In this document: positions 36,993 through 45,736 of the stretch, one piece after another
Layout: each line of letters opens with the position of its first letter
How positions within the stretch are numbered: the stretch's first letter is position 1
Sequence record: NC_005260.1
Length of the DNA: 64,000 nucleotides
Strand: one strand, 5' to 3'
Made by a program: the position numbers and the translations under genes
Notes under the pieces: generated by a model
The model's input: only the letters and a program-made list of their open reading frames with translations
What the model was told of the DNA's origin: nothing
The model's database searches: none

Positions 36993-39107
36993 TTAAAGAT
37001 GTTTTACTCGTTTTTGGACTTCATCCTGCTTGCCGCGATTAAATGCGCGAGAACCAGGCGCACCGAGATAACCGCATACGCGACGAATAACGTTCATTTT
37101 GGTATCGTCATGATTACCACATTTAGGACATTCGTACCCTTTGGAAGTAGCAGTGAATTCACCGTGATAGCCACATTCAAAGCAAACATCAACAGGAGTA
37201 TTTGTTCCGTAATACGGTGTGTTCAGATAAGCATAATCCCAAACGTCTTCCAACGCTTTCAGATTATTTTTCATATTCGGATATTCTCCGTATGAAATAA
37301 ATCCACCTGAACTCAGAGGAATAAATTGCTTTTCAAAATCAATCTTGTCATAAGGATTGGTATTATGACGGACGTCGAGGTGGAAGCTGTTTGTGTAATA
37401 ATCTTTATCGAACACTTTATGAGTCGGATAAAGTTCGCTATCAATTTTAGCGAAACGATAGCACAGGCTTTCAGATGGAGTACCGTACAGGCTGAAAGCC
37501 AAACCAGTTTCAGCTTTCCAAGAATCGGTAATCTCTTTCATGTGTTTAAGAACAGACAGAGCGAACACTTGTTTGGTTTGATTCTCCATGATGTGTTCAT
37601 CGATACCATACATCATGATTTCACTCAGTTCATGCAGGCCGATATAGCCGATACTGACAGAAGCGCGTCCATTTTCAAATGCTTTCATGATATCGTCATC
37701 TGGATTCAGACGTACACCGCAGGCGCCTTCGACGTAAAGAATCGGAGCCACGCTTGCCTTAACGCCACGCAGACGATCAACACGTACCATTAGAGCTTGT
37801 TTAACTACTTCCATACGCTCTTCCAGAAGCTCCCAGAAACGCATATGATTGCCGTTTGCGTCGAGTGCGATACGCGGCAGATTCAGAGTAACAACCCCTA
37901 GATTATTACGACCTTCGTGAACTTCATTGCCATTTTCGTCTTCCCAACGATGCAAGAAACTGCGGCATCCCATAGGGAACTTAAAGCTGCCAGTTGTTTC
38001 AACAACTTTATCATAACTCAGAATATCTGGATACATACGCTTAGAAGCGCACTCCAGTGCCAGTTGCTTGATACGATAAAGCGGGTCAGTTGGCTTCAAG
38101 TTGTGTCCGTCTTTCAGAGCAAACACCAGTTTCGGGAACACCGGAGTGATACCCTCTTTGCCAAGTCCAGCCAGTCGAACTTTCAAGATCGCTTCCTGAA
38201 TCAGTTCAGCTTCCCAGCTTTCACCCAGACCAAAGCCGAATGTACAGAAGGGAGTTTGACCGTTCGCGGAGTGAAGAGTGTTCACCTCGTATTCGAGTCC
38301 CTGCATTGCATCATACACAGCTTTGTGAGTCTTTGCAATAGCGTATTCTTTCGCATCTGGAATTTTCCAATAACGGGCTTCGTCCAAATGCTTTTCATGA
38401 GTCATCTTAACATACGGTGCCAGCACTTCGTCAATACGATTAATTGTGTTGCCGCCGTAAATGTGACTTGCTACTTGCGCAATAATCTGAGCGACTACGG
38501 CAGCAGCGGTAGAAATGCTTTTCGGAGTTTCGATCTGTGCATTTCCCATACGGAACCCGCGATCTAACATGCCTTTGACATCTATCAACATGCAGTTAAA
38601 CATTGGGAAGAATGGAGAATAGTCAAGATCATGGAAGTGCAGCCAGCCTTTTTCGTGTGCTTGCATAACTTCAACAGGAAGATAATGCTTTGCAAAGTGC
38701 TTACTAACAATACCAGCAACCAGATCGCGTTGAGTAGGGATTACTTTAGCGTCTTTGTTAGCATTCTCATTCATGATGCCTTCATCTTCCTGCTTCATCA
38801 GTCCCATGATACGCTTGGTCATGTCGCTGTTCAAGTCGCGAGCAACGTCACGATCATAGCGGTATTCGATGTAGGAGCGAGCCACAGCAGGATATCGAGA
38901 TTTCATTAAAGTGTCTTCAACTACGTGTTGAATTTCTTCAATCGTTACCAGATTGCGGCCTATGAGCTTGCGAACGACTGCCTCTGTGGCGTGGTGCGGG
39001 AAAGTTGGGTCGATAATATTGATCGACTGGAGGGAATTTGTGATTGCTGTTTCAATAAAAGATTGGTCAAAGTCAACTACTCGACCATCGCGTTTTTGTA
39101 CTTGCAT
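36993..39107 (-). CDS. nrdD: anaerobic ribonucleoside-triphosphate reductase (ATP-cone)
   Basis: 704 aa, uninterrupted; MGCRSFL, Zn site CFECG...CPKCG, RRVCGYLG. Confidence 0.98.
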   Translation of the reverse strand: MQVQKRDGRVVDFDQSFIETAITNSLQSINIIDPTFPHHATEAVVRKLIGRNLVTIEEIQHVVEDTLMKSRYPAVARSYIEYRYDRDVARDLNSDMTKRIMGLMKQEDEGIMNENANKDAKVIPTQRDLVAGIVSKHFAKHYLPVEVMQAHEKGWLHFHDLDYSPFFPMFNCMLIDVKGMLDRGFRMGNAQIETPKSISTAAAVVAQIIAQVASHIYGGNTINRIDEVLAPYVKMTHEKHLDEARYWKIPDAKEYAIAKTHKAVYDAMQGLEYEVNTLHSANGQTPFCTFGFGLGESWEAELIQEAILKVRLAGLGKEGITPVFPKLVFALKDGHNLKPTDPLYRIKQLALECASKRMYPDILSYDKVVETTGSFKFPMGCRSFLHRWEDENGNEVHEGRNNLGVVTLNLPRIALDANGNHMRFWELLEERMEVVKQALMVRVDRLRGVKASVAPILYVEGACGVRLNPDDDIMKAFENGRASVSIGYIGLHELSEIMMYGIDEHIMENQTKQVFALSVLKHMKEITDSWKAETGLAFSLYGTPSESLCYRFAKIDSELYPTHKVFDKDYYTNSFHLDVRHNTNPYDKIDFEKQFIPLSSGGFISYGEYPNMKNNLKALEDVWDYAYLNTPYYGTNTPVDVCFECGYHGEFTATSKGYECPKCGNHDDTKMNVIRRVCGYLGAPGSRAFNRGKQDEVQKRVKHL

Positions 39108-39172
39108 TTTGTTTCCGTTGTAGGTGTGTAGGAAAAGAAAAACGAGTCTTTCGACTCGCTGATATTGTACTG

Positions 39173-39418
39173 CTATTTAGAACGAACATAAACATTTTCT
39201 CGCTTCACAATTCCACGAACTAGCTCCAATCGAGCTAACATTTGATTCGGATGTAACGGCGACGTGATATATAACGCATCACTTTCCATATCAACGAGTT
39301 TTCGATACGCTTTCAGAGCGTTTTCGTGTTGAATATAGAGTTCTTCAACTGCGGCTTTATTGTAGCCGCAGACTTCCCAACGATTTAGAGTTTCCGGTAA
39401 AATCACGATTAACCCCAC
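39173..39418 (-). CDS. hypothetical protein
   Basis: 81-aa ORF overlapping the upstream stop. Confidence 0.65.
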   Translation of the reverse strand: MGLIVILPETLNRWEVCGYNKAAVEELYIQHENALKAYRKLVDMESDALYITSPLHPNQMLARLELVRGIVKRENVYVRSK

Positions 39419-39804
39419 AAAGTCAGAAGTTCGGTATCTTCTTTTTTCAAGCTGTCAACGATTGTTTTCAGCTCCGCATAACGAATCGAACAACGACCTT
39501 TGTTGACATCGATACCAGCAGCAGTCAGAACAGACAGTGGAACATGACGAACATTGCCGAATTGAACATCGTTTGTGTTCTTTTCTTTACCATAATCAAC
39601 ACCTAGTTCGATGTGAGTAATGTCAGCAAAGAATACCTTGTTACCTTTGTCAACGATTGCAATATGTTTCATCTTGGTAATGCGTTCGGCGGCACCGATA
39701 AAACCAATTGCTCGTTTCTCTTTCATCATCGTTTCAAAACTCAGACACTCGCCTTGACCGTCTTTATTACGACTCGGGATTACTACGATGGTATCATGTT
39801 TCAT
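39409..39804 (-). CDS. hypothetical early protein
   Basis: 131 aa; GAGGA SD behind an IR promoter. Confidence 0.8.
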   Translation of the reverse strand: MKHDTIVVIPSRNKDGQGECLSFETMMKEKRAIGFIGAAERITKMKHIAIVDKGNKVFFADITHIELGVDYGKEKNTNDVQFGNVRHVPLSVLTAAGIDVNKGRCSIRYAELKTIVDSLKKEDTELLTLWG

Positions 39805-39837
39805 GATTTATTCCTCAGCTTTGTTTCGATAGAGCCA

Positions 39838-39865
39838 ATCTTAACATGATGGCTCTGGGCGTCAA
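39838..39865 (-). promoter_or_regulatory. early promoter with IR around -10
   Basis: TTGACG-N16-TAAGAT; AGAGCCA/TGGCTCT at 39831-39856. Confidence 0.7.
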
Positions 39866-39872
39866 CTACTTT

Positions 39873-39959
39873 TTAGAAAATTGCTGGAGCAACAACGCTG
39901 AACAAAATTCCCAGGATTGCAACAACAACAATCAGTTCAATCAGAGTAAAGCCTTTCAT
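39873..39959 (-). CDS. 28-aa type IV prepilin-like peptide (MKGFTLIELIVVVAILGILFSVVAPAIF)
   Basis: G/FTLIE prepilin peptidase cleavage/methylation motif followed by a hydrophobic helix; ATGA overlap with the upstream stop. Confidence 0.8.
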   Translation of the reverse strand: MKGFTLIELIVVVAILGILFSVVAPAIF

Positions 39960-40219
39960 TTCAGATCCTCACATTGAGTAATAAGTTTAAAACCTTTGTT
40001 TTGCAGTGCATGTCGGATACTTGCATATGCATCAAACTTGCTAACAGCTTGTACCATGTACTTGTCAGTTTCGAATTCAGATACATCCAACTCTGGGAAA
40101 ACCTCAGAGAAACGACGCAATGCAACGGTACTTGCGTGTGCTGCCATACCGTCGATGTTAGCAGACACAAAGGCAATATTGCGCTTGTGATTAACAAAAC
40201 TTCTGACTTGATGTTCCAT
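39956..40219 (-). CDS. hypothetical early protein
   Basis: start revised to MEHQVRSF (GAGGA SD); promoter at 40248-40275. Confidence 0.75.
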   Translation of the reverse strand: MEHQVRSFVNHKRNIAFVSANIDGMAAHASTVALRRFSEVFPELDVSEFETDKYMVQAVSKFDAYASIRHALQNKGFKLITQCEDLK

Positions 40220-40247
40220 GGTGTATTCCTCTCGTTTCGATGTGTCC

Positions 40248-40275
40248 ATATTAGCAGATCAATACCATGTGTCAA
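40248..40275 (-). promoter_or_regulatory. early promoter
   Basis: TTGACA-N16-TAATAT with TG extension and leader GGACACATCGAAAC. Confidence 0.75.
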
Positions 40276-40292
40276 CTCTTTTGGAAAATAAA

Positions 40293-40312
40293 AATCCGCC
40301 CGAAGGCGGATT
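40293..40312 (-). terminator. terminator after nrdB
   Basis: AATCCGCC-TTCG-GGCGGATT-TTTATTTT. Confidence 0.85.
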
Positions 40313-40315
40313 CTA

Positions 40316-41446
40316 TTAAACTTCTAATTCTTCAAAGAATGTTTCATCGAGAGTCGAATCAACTTGTCCGATCAGATAGCTAGACAACTCAGCCTCTTGG
40401 GCAGCGACTTGAACGGAATCGCTGTTAAGCCACTTGCGAATCCACGGCAGAGGGTGTTTCATACCGATGTTCAGTTCTTCTGGCGCGGGGAGACCAGCAG
40501 ATCGCATACGGCTTACAGTCAGATAATCGATGTAATCCAACATACTGGACAGACTCAAGCCGGGAATAGTCACATTACCAAGCAAGTCTCTTGCCCATTC
40601 TTTCTCTTGTTCAGCAACTTCCAAGAAGATTTGCACCGCTTTATGTTCGAGGCGTTTGGCGATCTCGTACATTTCGGAATCATCTTCTGCATTCTGCCAA
40701 GCACGAATCAGATACTGGGTGCCTTTCAGGTGAAGCTGTTCATCCCGCGCAATCAGACGCATGATCTTAGCGTTGCCTTCCATGATACCACGCTCACCGA
40801 ATGAGAACGTGCAAGCAAAGCTAACATAGAAACGAATCGCTTCCAAAGCGTTTACGGCGTGCATTGCGAGATATAACGCTTCTTTTACTTTAGTCAGTTG
40901 TGCAACTCGCAACTCCGGAGAGAATACAGATTGAGTCAACAGATCATAAGTTTTCAGCTCTTTGATCAGATTGTCATAATACTGAGTTACAGAAGTGGCA
41001 CGTGCCATAATCTTACTGTCAAGCAGAATCCTATCAAACACAGCAGACGGATCAACATAGAGATTCCGCATGATGTGGGTATAAGAACGGCTATGAATTG
41101 TCTCACTGAAACTCCATGTGGTGATCCAAGTTTCAAGCGCGACATCAGATACGATTGGCAAGAATACCAAGTTAGGTGCGCGACCTTGTACCGAGTCAAG
41201 CAGACTTTGATATTTCAAGTTTTGAGTGAAAACATGTTGTTCGGCTTCACTCAGTTGATTATAGTCGATTGCATCCTTAGACAAATCCACTTCTTCGGGA
41301 CGCCAGAAAAATGAAAGTTGCTTTTCTGTAAGCTTATCAATTGCCGGATGTTTTACTGTTTCATATCGAGCCAATCCCATTGCTTCGCCCAAGAACAGAG
41401 GCGCTTTCATATGATCAACTACATTTTTATTAAATACGGTATCCAT
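40316..41446 (-). CDS. nrdB: class Ia ribonucleotide reductase beta subunit
   Basis: FFWRPEEVDL, SETIHSRSY, EAIRFYVSF, IARDEQLH; no intron. Confidence 0.97.
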   Translation of the reverse strand: MDTVFNKNVVDHMKAPLFLGEAMGLARYETVKHPAIDKLTEKQLSFFWRPEEVDLSKDAIDYNQLSEAEQHVFTQNLKYQSLLDSVQGRAPNLVFLPIVSDVALETWITTWSFSETIHSRSYTHIMRNLYVDPSAVFDRILLDSKIMARATSVTQYYDNLIKELKTYDLLTQSVFSPELRVAQLTKVKEALYLAMHAVNALEAIRFYVSFACTFSFGERGIMEGNAKIMRLIARDEQLHLKGTQYLIRAWQNAEDDSEMYEIAKRLEHKAVQIFLEVAEQEKEWARDLLGNVTIPGLSLSSMLDYIDYLTVSRMRSAGLPAPEELNIGMKHPLPWIRKWLNSDSVQVAAQEAELSSYLIGQVDSTLDETFFEELEV

Positions 41447-41488
41447 TTTTATTCCTTGTTAAAAGGGGACGAATCCCCTTATCAGTTA

Positions 41489-42460
41489 TCAGACCTTACA
41501 AACATCACAAGAAGAATCTTGTTCTTCGGTACCATCGGCACCATCGCGAGTGTTCGAGTAATAAAGAGACTTAACGCCGTGTTTCTGTGCTCTTGAAATA
41601 TCTTTCAGAACAACTTTCATCGGGATCTTCTCACCCGGATACACAGCAGGATCATAATAAGTATTTGCACTAATCATTTGATCCACAAACTTCTGCATGA
41701 TAGCTACAATGTCCAAGTAACCCTTCATGCCGTGTTTGGTCATCTGCCAAGCTGTCTCATACTCGCTACCAAGCATGTCTACCTCAGGCACTAGCTGATT
41801 AAAGACACCATCTTTCGATTGCTTGGTGCTCACTAGGCCGCGCGGTGGCTCGATACCGTTTGTGCTGTTGGTGATCTGTGAACTACTCTCACAAGGCATA
41901 AATGCGCTTAGAGTATCGTTTCGCAGGCCGTGCTGTTTGATCTCAGCTCGCAGCCATTCCCAATCCATTTTCAGATCATTCGGAACGATATTGTCAACGT
42001 TCTTATTGTACCAGTCAATCGGTAACAGTCCATCAGCCCATTTTGTCTTATGATGCCACTCGTTTGCACCGCGTTCTTTCGCCAGCTCCATAGACGCTAC
42101 CAAGTTCGCAAACTGCATCATTTCCATGGTGCGGTGAACAAGCTTGTTTGCATTTCCGCTAGAGTAGTTAACAAAATTCTTCGCCAAGAAATAAGCAAAG
42201 TTTGTTACACCCATGCCGAGTGCGCGACGCTTCTTGGCTGCCAGTGCTTGAACGACGGGATAATCCTGATAGTCAAGCAAGTTATCGAGTGCGCGAACAG
42301 CAGCGCGAGCAACGTTTAGGAAGTCTTCATAACCCTCAATTGCGCCGAGATTATACGCCGCTAAAGTGCAAAGGCTTATTTCCGAAACATCTACCTCAAT
42401 TTCTACCGTGGTATATTCTTCATCTTCGTATACTTCGTAAATTCTTTCATGTTCGATCAT
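41489..42460 (-). CDS. nrdA: ribonucleotide reductase alpha subunit, C-terminal fragment (NrdA-b)
   Basis: EISLCTL, RRALGMG, MPCESSSQ, KSLYY, C-terminal CDVC; acidic N-terminal extension. Confidence 0.93.
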   Translation of the reverse strand: MIEHERIYEVYEDEEYTTVEIEVDVSEISLCTLAAYNLGAIEGYEDFLNVARAAVRALDNLLDYQDYPVVQALAAKKRRALGMGVTNFAYFLAKNFVNYSSGNANKLVHRTMEMMQFANLVASMELAKERGANEWHHKTKWADGLLPIDWYNKNVDNIVPNDLKMDWEWLRAEIKQHGLRNDTLSAFMPCESSSQITNSTNGIEPPRGLVSTKQSKDGVFNQLVPEVDMLGSEYETAWQMTKHGMKGYLDIVAIMQKFVDQMISANTYYDPAVYPGEKIPMKVVLKDISRAQKHGVKSLYYSNTRDGADGTEEQDSSCDVCKV

Positions 42461-43160
42461 TTTCTCTAAATCTCCTATTGAGAATAAATCTGGAGATTCC
42501 GGTTTCTTTCATGGCAATGCCTATGCTTGGATATTCAATGCCGCCAATGACAATTTTTATACCGTTCGGTGCCGGCTTTCCTAAATTAGTTGCTCTTGAC
42601 TTAGGCACATATTCTTTATTGTGTTCATCATCACCAAGCTTATAGAGTTTCCACCCATGGTGATTACTTCTTTTACCGCGACAAACTGCACTCATTGTAC
42701 TGGGATTTAATCCGTGCTTCAAGCAGAAATCTTTTAACCCAGAAACAATGTGTTCTTCTCCCGTAGGAGACACGAATCGCCATAGATAAGAAAGCTTTTC
42801 TCTTTGAACATCAGACATTGGCTTTCCTTTGTTCGGAGCAATACTTCCAGTTTTGACTTCGGATAAAGCCTTAGCGAGTTTGACACGATTTGATTCATGC
42901 ATATATGCATAAACTCTACTATGTTCTTTATTTCCAACTCGCATCATGTTATAAGCGAATATCAGTTTGTTGCTTTTATAAATCTTAGTCAATAAATGAT
43001 GAACAACATAGTGTGCTTTAGCAGTTAGATATACCAAATTGTCGTCACTATCATCACCTCCCATACATCTTGGGATAATATGATGTTTCTCTTTGTAACC
43101 GGAGATCTCCGAATTTTTAAATTTGTTGATAATTAAGTCGTGTATTCTCTTATAATTCAT
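42447..43160 (-). mobile_element. mobE: free-standing HNH homing endonuclease (mobE-like) splitting nrdA
   Basis: EKHHIIPRCMGG...NLVYLTAKAHYVVHHLL HNH motif; C-terminal NUMOD-like DNA-binding repeats. Confidence 0.9.
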
Positions 43161-43204
43161 ATTTGCACCCTCTTAACGTACACGACTATTTAGAGGGTGC
43201 AAAT
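43161..43204 (-). promoter_or_regulatory. mobE RBS-sequestering hairpin with internal late promoter
   Basis: 13-bp perfect stem ATTTGCACCCTCT/AGAGGGTGCAAAT abutting the ATG; CTAAATA at 43187-43193. Confidence 0.9.
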
Positions 43205-43206
43205 TT

Positions 43207-44628
43207 TTAGTATCTCAGAGACTTATATTGATCCGTCGCTACCATAAGTTTGAACTTATCAACTTCGGACTTTTTGACTTTAAACAACATCTTTTCTTTC
43301 TTTCCCATAGGGACTGTCGGCAGCGCGATTTCGATGCACAGATTACCCATACGAATAGGCTCTTTGTACGGAGTAGCCGAGTTAACGTTATCAACGAACA
43401 TCGGATAAATGCGACCGGTGCCAGTTCTTTCTTGTGCGAACAGATTGAACAACTCGGAGGCTTTGATACGCTTCTTACGACACCAAGGCTCGTTTTCCAG
43501 CATTTCGTACAGCTCTTTGAACTTCACCGGATCTTTATAAAAGAGATCGTAAAGCTCGCCGTTTTGAACGTCTGGACTAAAGAGCGTGATATAGTCGTCA
43601 TTTTTCAGACGCTCGAAAAACAGCTTGTTGATTTGGATACCGTAGTCAAGCTGGCGAATTCGATTTTCTTCCACGCCCTTGTTGTTTTTCAGAACAAGGA
43701 TTTTTTCAACTTCAAGATGCCACATTGGATAGTAAAGAGTAGCAGCGCCACCGCGTACACCACCCTGTGAGCAACTTTTTACCGCAGTCTGGAAATATTT
43801 CCAGAACGGAATAATACCAGTGTGGCGAACTTCACCACTTCGAATGCGAGAACCTTCGGCACGAATAGCGCCACCGTTGATACCGATACCAGCGCGTTTG
43901 CTAATATAGTCAACGATTGAACTTGCGGTAGCGTTAATGCTATCGAGTTCGTCGCCGCTTTCGATCTTCACGCATGAGCTAAACTGGCGAGTCGGGGTTC
44001 GAACACCAGCAAGAATTGGCGTCGGTAGACTCAGTTTGCCCAACGATGTTACGTCATAAAAGTTTTTAACTTTAGCGATTCTATCTGTTTTTTCGTCTTG
44101 ATGCAAGCACATTGCAACAAGCATATACAGAATTTGAGGTGTTTCGTAAATCTGATCGGTACTACGATCTTTCGCCAGGTACTTCTCTTTAAACTGCATT
44201 ACGCCAGCATAAGCAAGATCAAAATCGCGATCATGCTTGATATAGGCATTCAGTTCATTGAATTCATCATCTGTCCATTTGATGGCAAGATCTTTATCAT
44301 AGATGCCGTCTTGTACCAAGTCAAGTGTGTGTCGTTTCAGATGAATCGGGTCAAACTGATTGTAAACGTCTTTGCGAATCGCATACATTTGCAGACGAGC
44401 AGCGACGTATTGATAATCGGATTGTTCAATAGAGATACGATCTGCCGCAAATTTAATTGCCAGCTTCTGAATGTTCTTTGTGCTCATGCCGTCGGTGATA
44501 GAAGGCATAATACCGTTCAGGATTTCATTCGGATCGATTCGAGTTCCAGCAGTAGCGAATCCCAGAATTTTCAACAGCTTTTTCGGCTCAAAATTCTCGG
44601 TTATCCCACTTGATTTTCTTACTAACAT
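43207..44628 (-). CDS. nrdA: ribonucleotide reductase alpha subunit, N-terminal fragment (NrdA-a)
   Basis: ATP cone, PTPILAG, FSSC, GGVRGG, GNLCIEI; basic C-terminal extension; start MLVRKS (the track ATG lies in the -10 box). Confidence 0.93.
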   Translation of the reverse strand: MLVRKSSGITENFEPKKLLKILGFATAGTRIDPNEILNGIMPSITDGMSTKNIQKLAIKFAADRISIEQSDYQYVAARLQMYAIRKDVYNQFDPIHLKRHTLDLVQDGIYDKDLAIKWTDDEFNELNAYIKHDRDFDLAYAGVMQFKEKYLAKDRSTDQIYETPQILYMLVAMCLHQDEKTDRIAKVKNFYDVTSLGKLSLPTPILAGVRTPTRQFSSCVKIESGDELDSINATASSIVDYISKRAGIGINGGAIRAEGSRIRSGEVRHTGIIPFWKYFQTAVKSCSQGGVRGGAATLYYPMWHLEVEKILVLKNNKGVEENRIRQLDYGIQINKLFFERLKNDDYITLFSPDVQNGELYDLFYKDPVKFKELYEMLENEPWCRKKRIKASELFNLFAQERTGTGRIYPMFVDNVNSATPYKEPIRMGNLCIEIALPTVPMGKKEKMLFKVKKSEVDKFKLMVATDQYKSLRY

Positions 44629-44661
44629 GTTACCCCGTTGTGTTATGTGTTGGAGAGTTTC

Positions 44662-44690
44662 ATTATACATCAGTCACAAAGAATGTAAAC
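44662..44690 (-). promoter_or_regulatory. T4-early-like promoter for nrdA
   Basis: GTTTAC-N17-TATAAT with TG extension. Confidence 0.8.
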
Positions 44691-44716
44691 AACTTACATG
44701 TTTACAGAGTTAAAAA

Positions 44717-44734
44717 ATCCCGCATCAGCGGGAT
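44717..44734 (-). terminator. terminator
   Basis: ATCCCGC-TGAT-GCGGGAT-TTTTT. Confidence 0.75.
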
Positions 44735-45207
44735 CCCTTGTAAAGCAAAACATCTTGATAAATCGGAGTCAAAATGCTCAACCAGTGATTGGCTAGTTCT
44801 ATCCGAGCTTGATAATAAGCTACTTGATCTTCTTTATAGTAGCCATTTTTCTCACTATGATATTGATCGGTACAATCTCCAGTGAGATAGTTTAGCTTAA
44901 TTACATGTCCGAGATTACCGGACCAATATTTATAGTATTTCAAGAACTCGACATTTGCCATCTTCGTCCTGATTTGAAAGCAAAGTCCACGGCGAATATG
45001 ATCGCGATTGATCTTACATTCGATGATATCATTTAAAGTCTTGATATCGTTCGCGAGTTCTTTGATATCAGCAACACCATTCCAGAAGATGATGGACTTT
45101 CGTTGACCACTGGAATATTTGGCATTCAGTCTCGCTTGAGTTGCCGCAAGTTCAGCCAGTCGCTTGGCTCGGTTCGGCATCAAAAAATCAATAATTGTTT
45201 TCAGCAT
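44725..45207 (-). CDS. ARLELARHW-family hypothetical protein
   Basis: RRGLC...YKYWSG...YYQARIELANHWL. Confidence 0.8.
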   Translation of the reverse strand: MLKTIIDFLMPNRAKRLAELAATQARLNAKYSSGQRKSIIFWNGVADIKELANDIKTLNDIIECKINRDHIRRGLCFQIRTKMANVEFLKYYKYWSGNLGHVIKLNYLTGDCTDQYHSEKNGYYKEDQVAYYQARIELANHWLSILTPIYQDVLLYKGSR

Positions 45208-45209
45208 GA

Positions 45210-45680
45210 TTACACATTTTGAGTGAAATGATTGTCAACGAAAGTCATTACATCAAGCCAGTGACGAGCCAGTTCCAAACGAGCTTCGTAAAACTTAACG
45301 TTCTTTTCGTAATAGCGTTCTTCGGCATATTGCATTTCGGGAGAATGGCCATCTTTGATGTCAATCAAAAACAGTTGTCCACACGTTTCTTTGTCCCAGT
45401 GACGATACATCGCCATAATTGGATCAGTCCGCAGAATACCAGCAACTTCGAACCCAACATGATAACAGACTCCACAGGCAATTCTATTTCGCGCCAGTGT
45501 TCGATCTGTGATCTTATACAAAGTTTTCATTGCATCGGCGTATCGTTCTGGCTTTTCGATTCGCAATTTAAGAAGATCATAATACTTTGTCAAGTTAGCA
45601 TCGTCCAGAAACTTGAGTTTCAGACGCTCGTTCTTGCTCATGAAAACGGATTTGATTTTTGCTCGCAGAACAGTAAACAT
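45210..45680 (-). CDS. ARLELARHW-family hypothetical protein
   Basis: ACGVC...YRHW...FYEARLELARHWL. Confidence 0.8.
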   Translation of the reverse strand: MFTVLRAKIKSVFMSKNERLKLKFLDDANLTKYYDLLKLRIEKPERYADAMKTLYKITDRTLARNRIACGVCYHVGFEVAGILRTDPIMAMYRHWDKETCGQLFLIDIKDGHSPEMQYAEERYYEKNVKFYEARLELARHWLDVMTFVDNHFTQNV

Positions 45681-45708
45681 GATATAACCCTCTCTATAAG
45701 ATAATGCC

Positions 45709-45736
45709 AGTATACGCTACTGGCATTAGGTGTCAA
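45709..45736 (-). promoter_or_regulatory. early promoter with 11-bp IR around -10
   Basis: TTGACA-N16-TATACT; TAATGCCAGTA/TACTGGCATTA at 45702-45728. Confidence 0.8.

Noticed and set aside
39174-39180. CTAAATA heptamers at 39174 and 32103 as late promoters
   Set aside because: Both overlap stop codons and are followed within about 30 nt by a terminator hairpin, so they may be incidental
36993-41446. Group I introns in nrdD or nrdB as in T4
   Set aside because: Both ORFs are continuous and full length
41489-44670. nrdA as a pseudogene, frameshift, or group I intron/intein interruption
   Set aside because: Both fragments have starts, intact motifs and charged extensions; no intron core or intein splice residues; fits the known split-gene model
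44629-44670. ORF-track N-terminal extensions (nrdA-a, 47, SprT, 58613 gene and others)
   Set aside because: The upstream ATG/GTG/TTG codons fall inside promoters or lack an SD; downstream ATGs with clear SD were used instead
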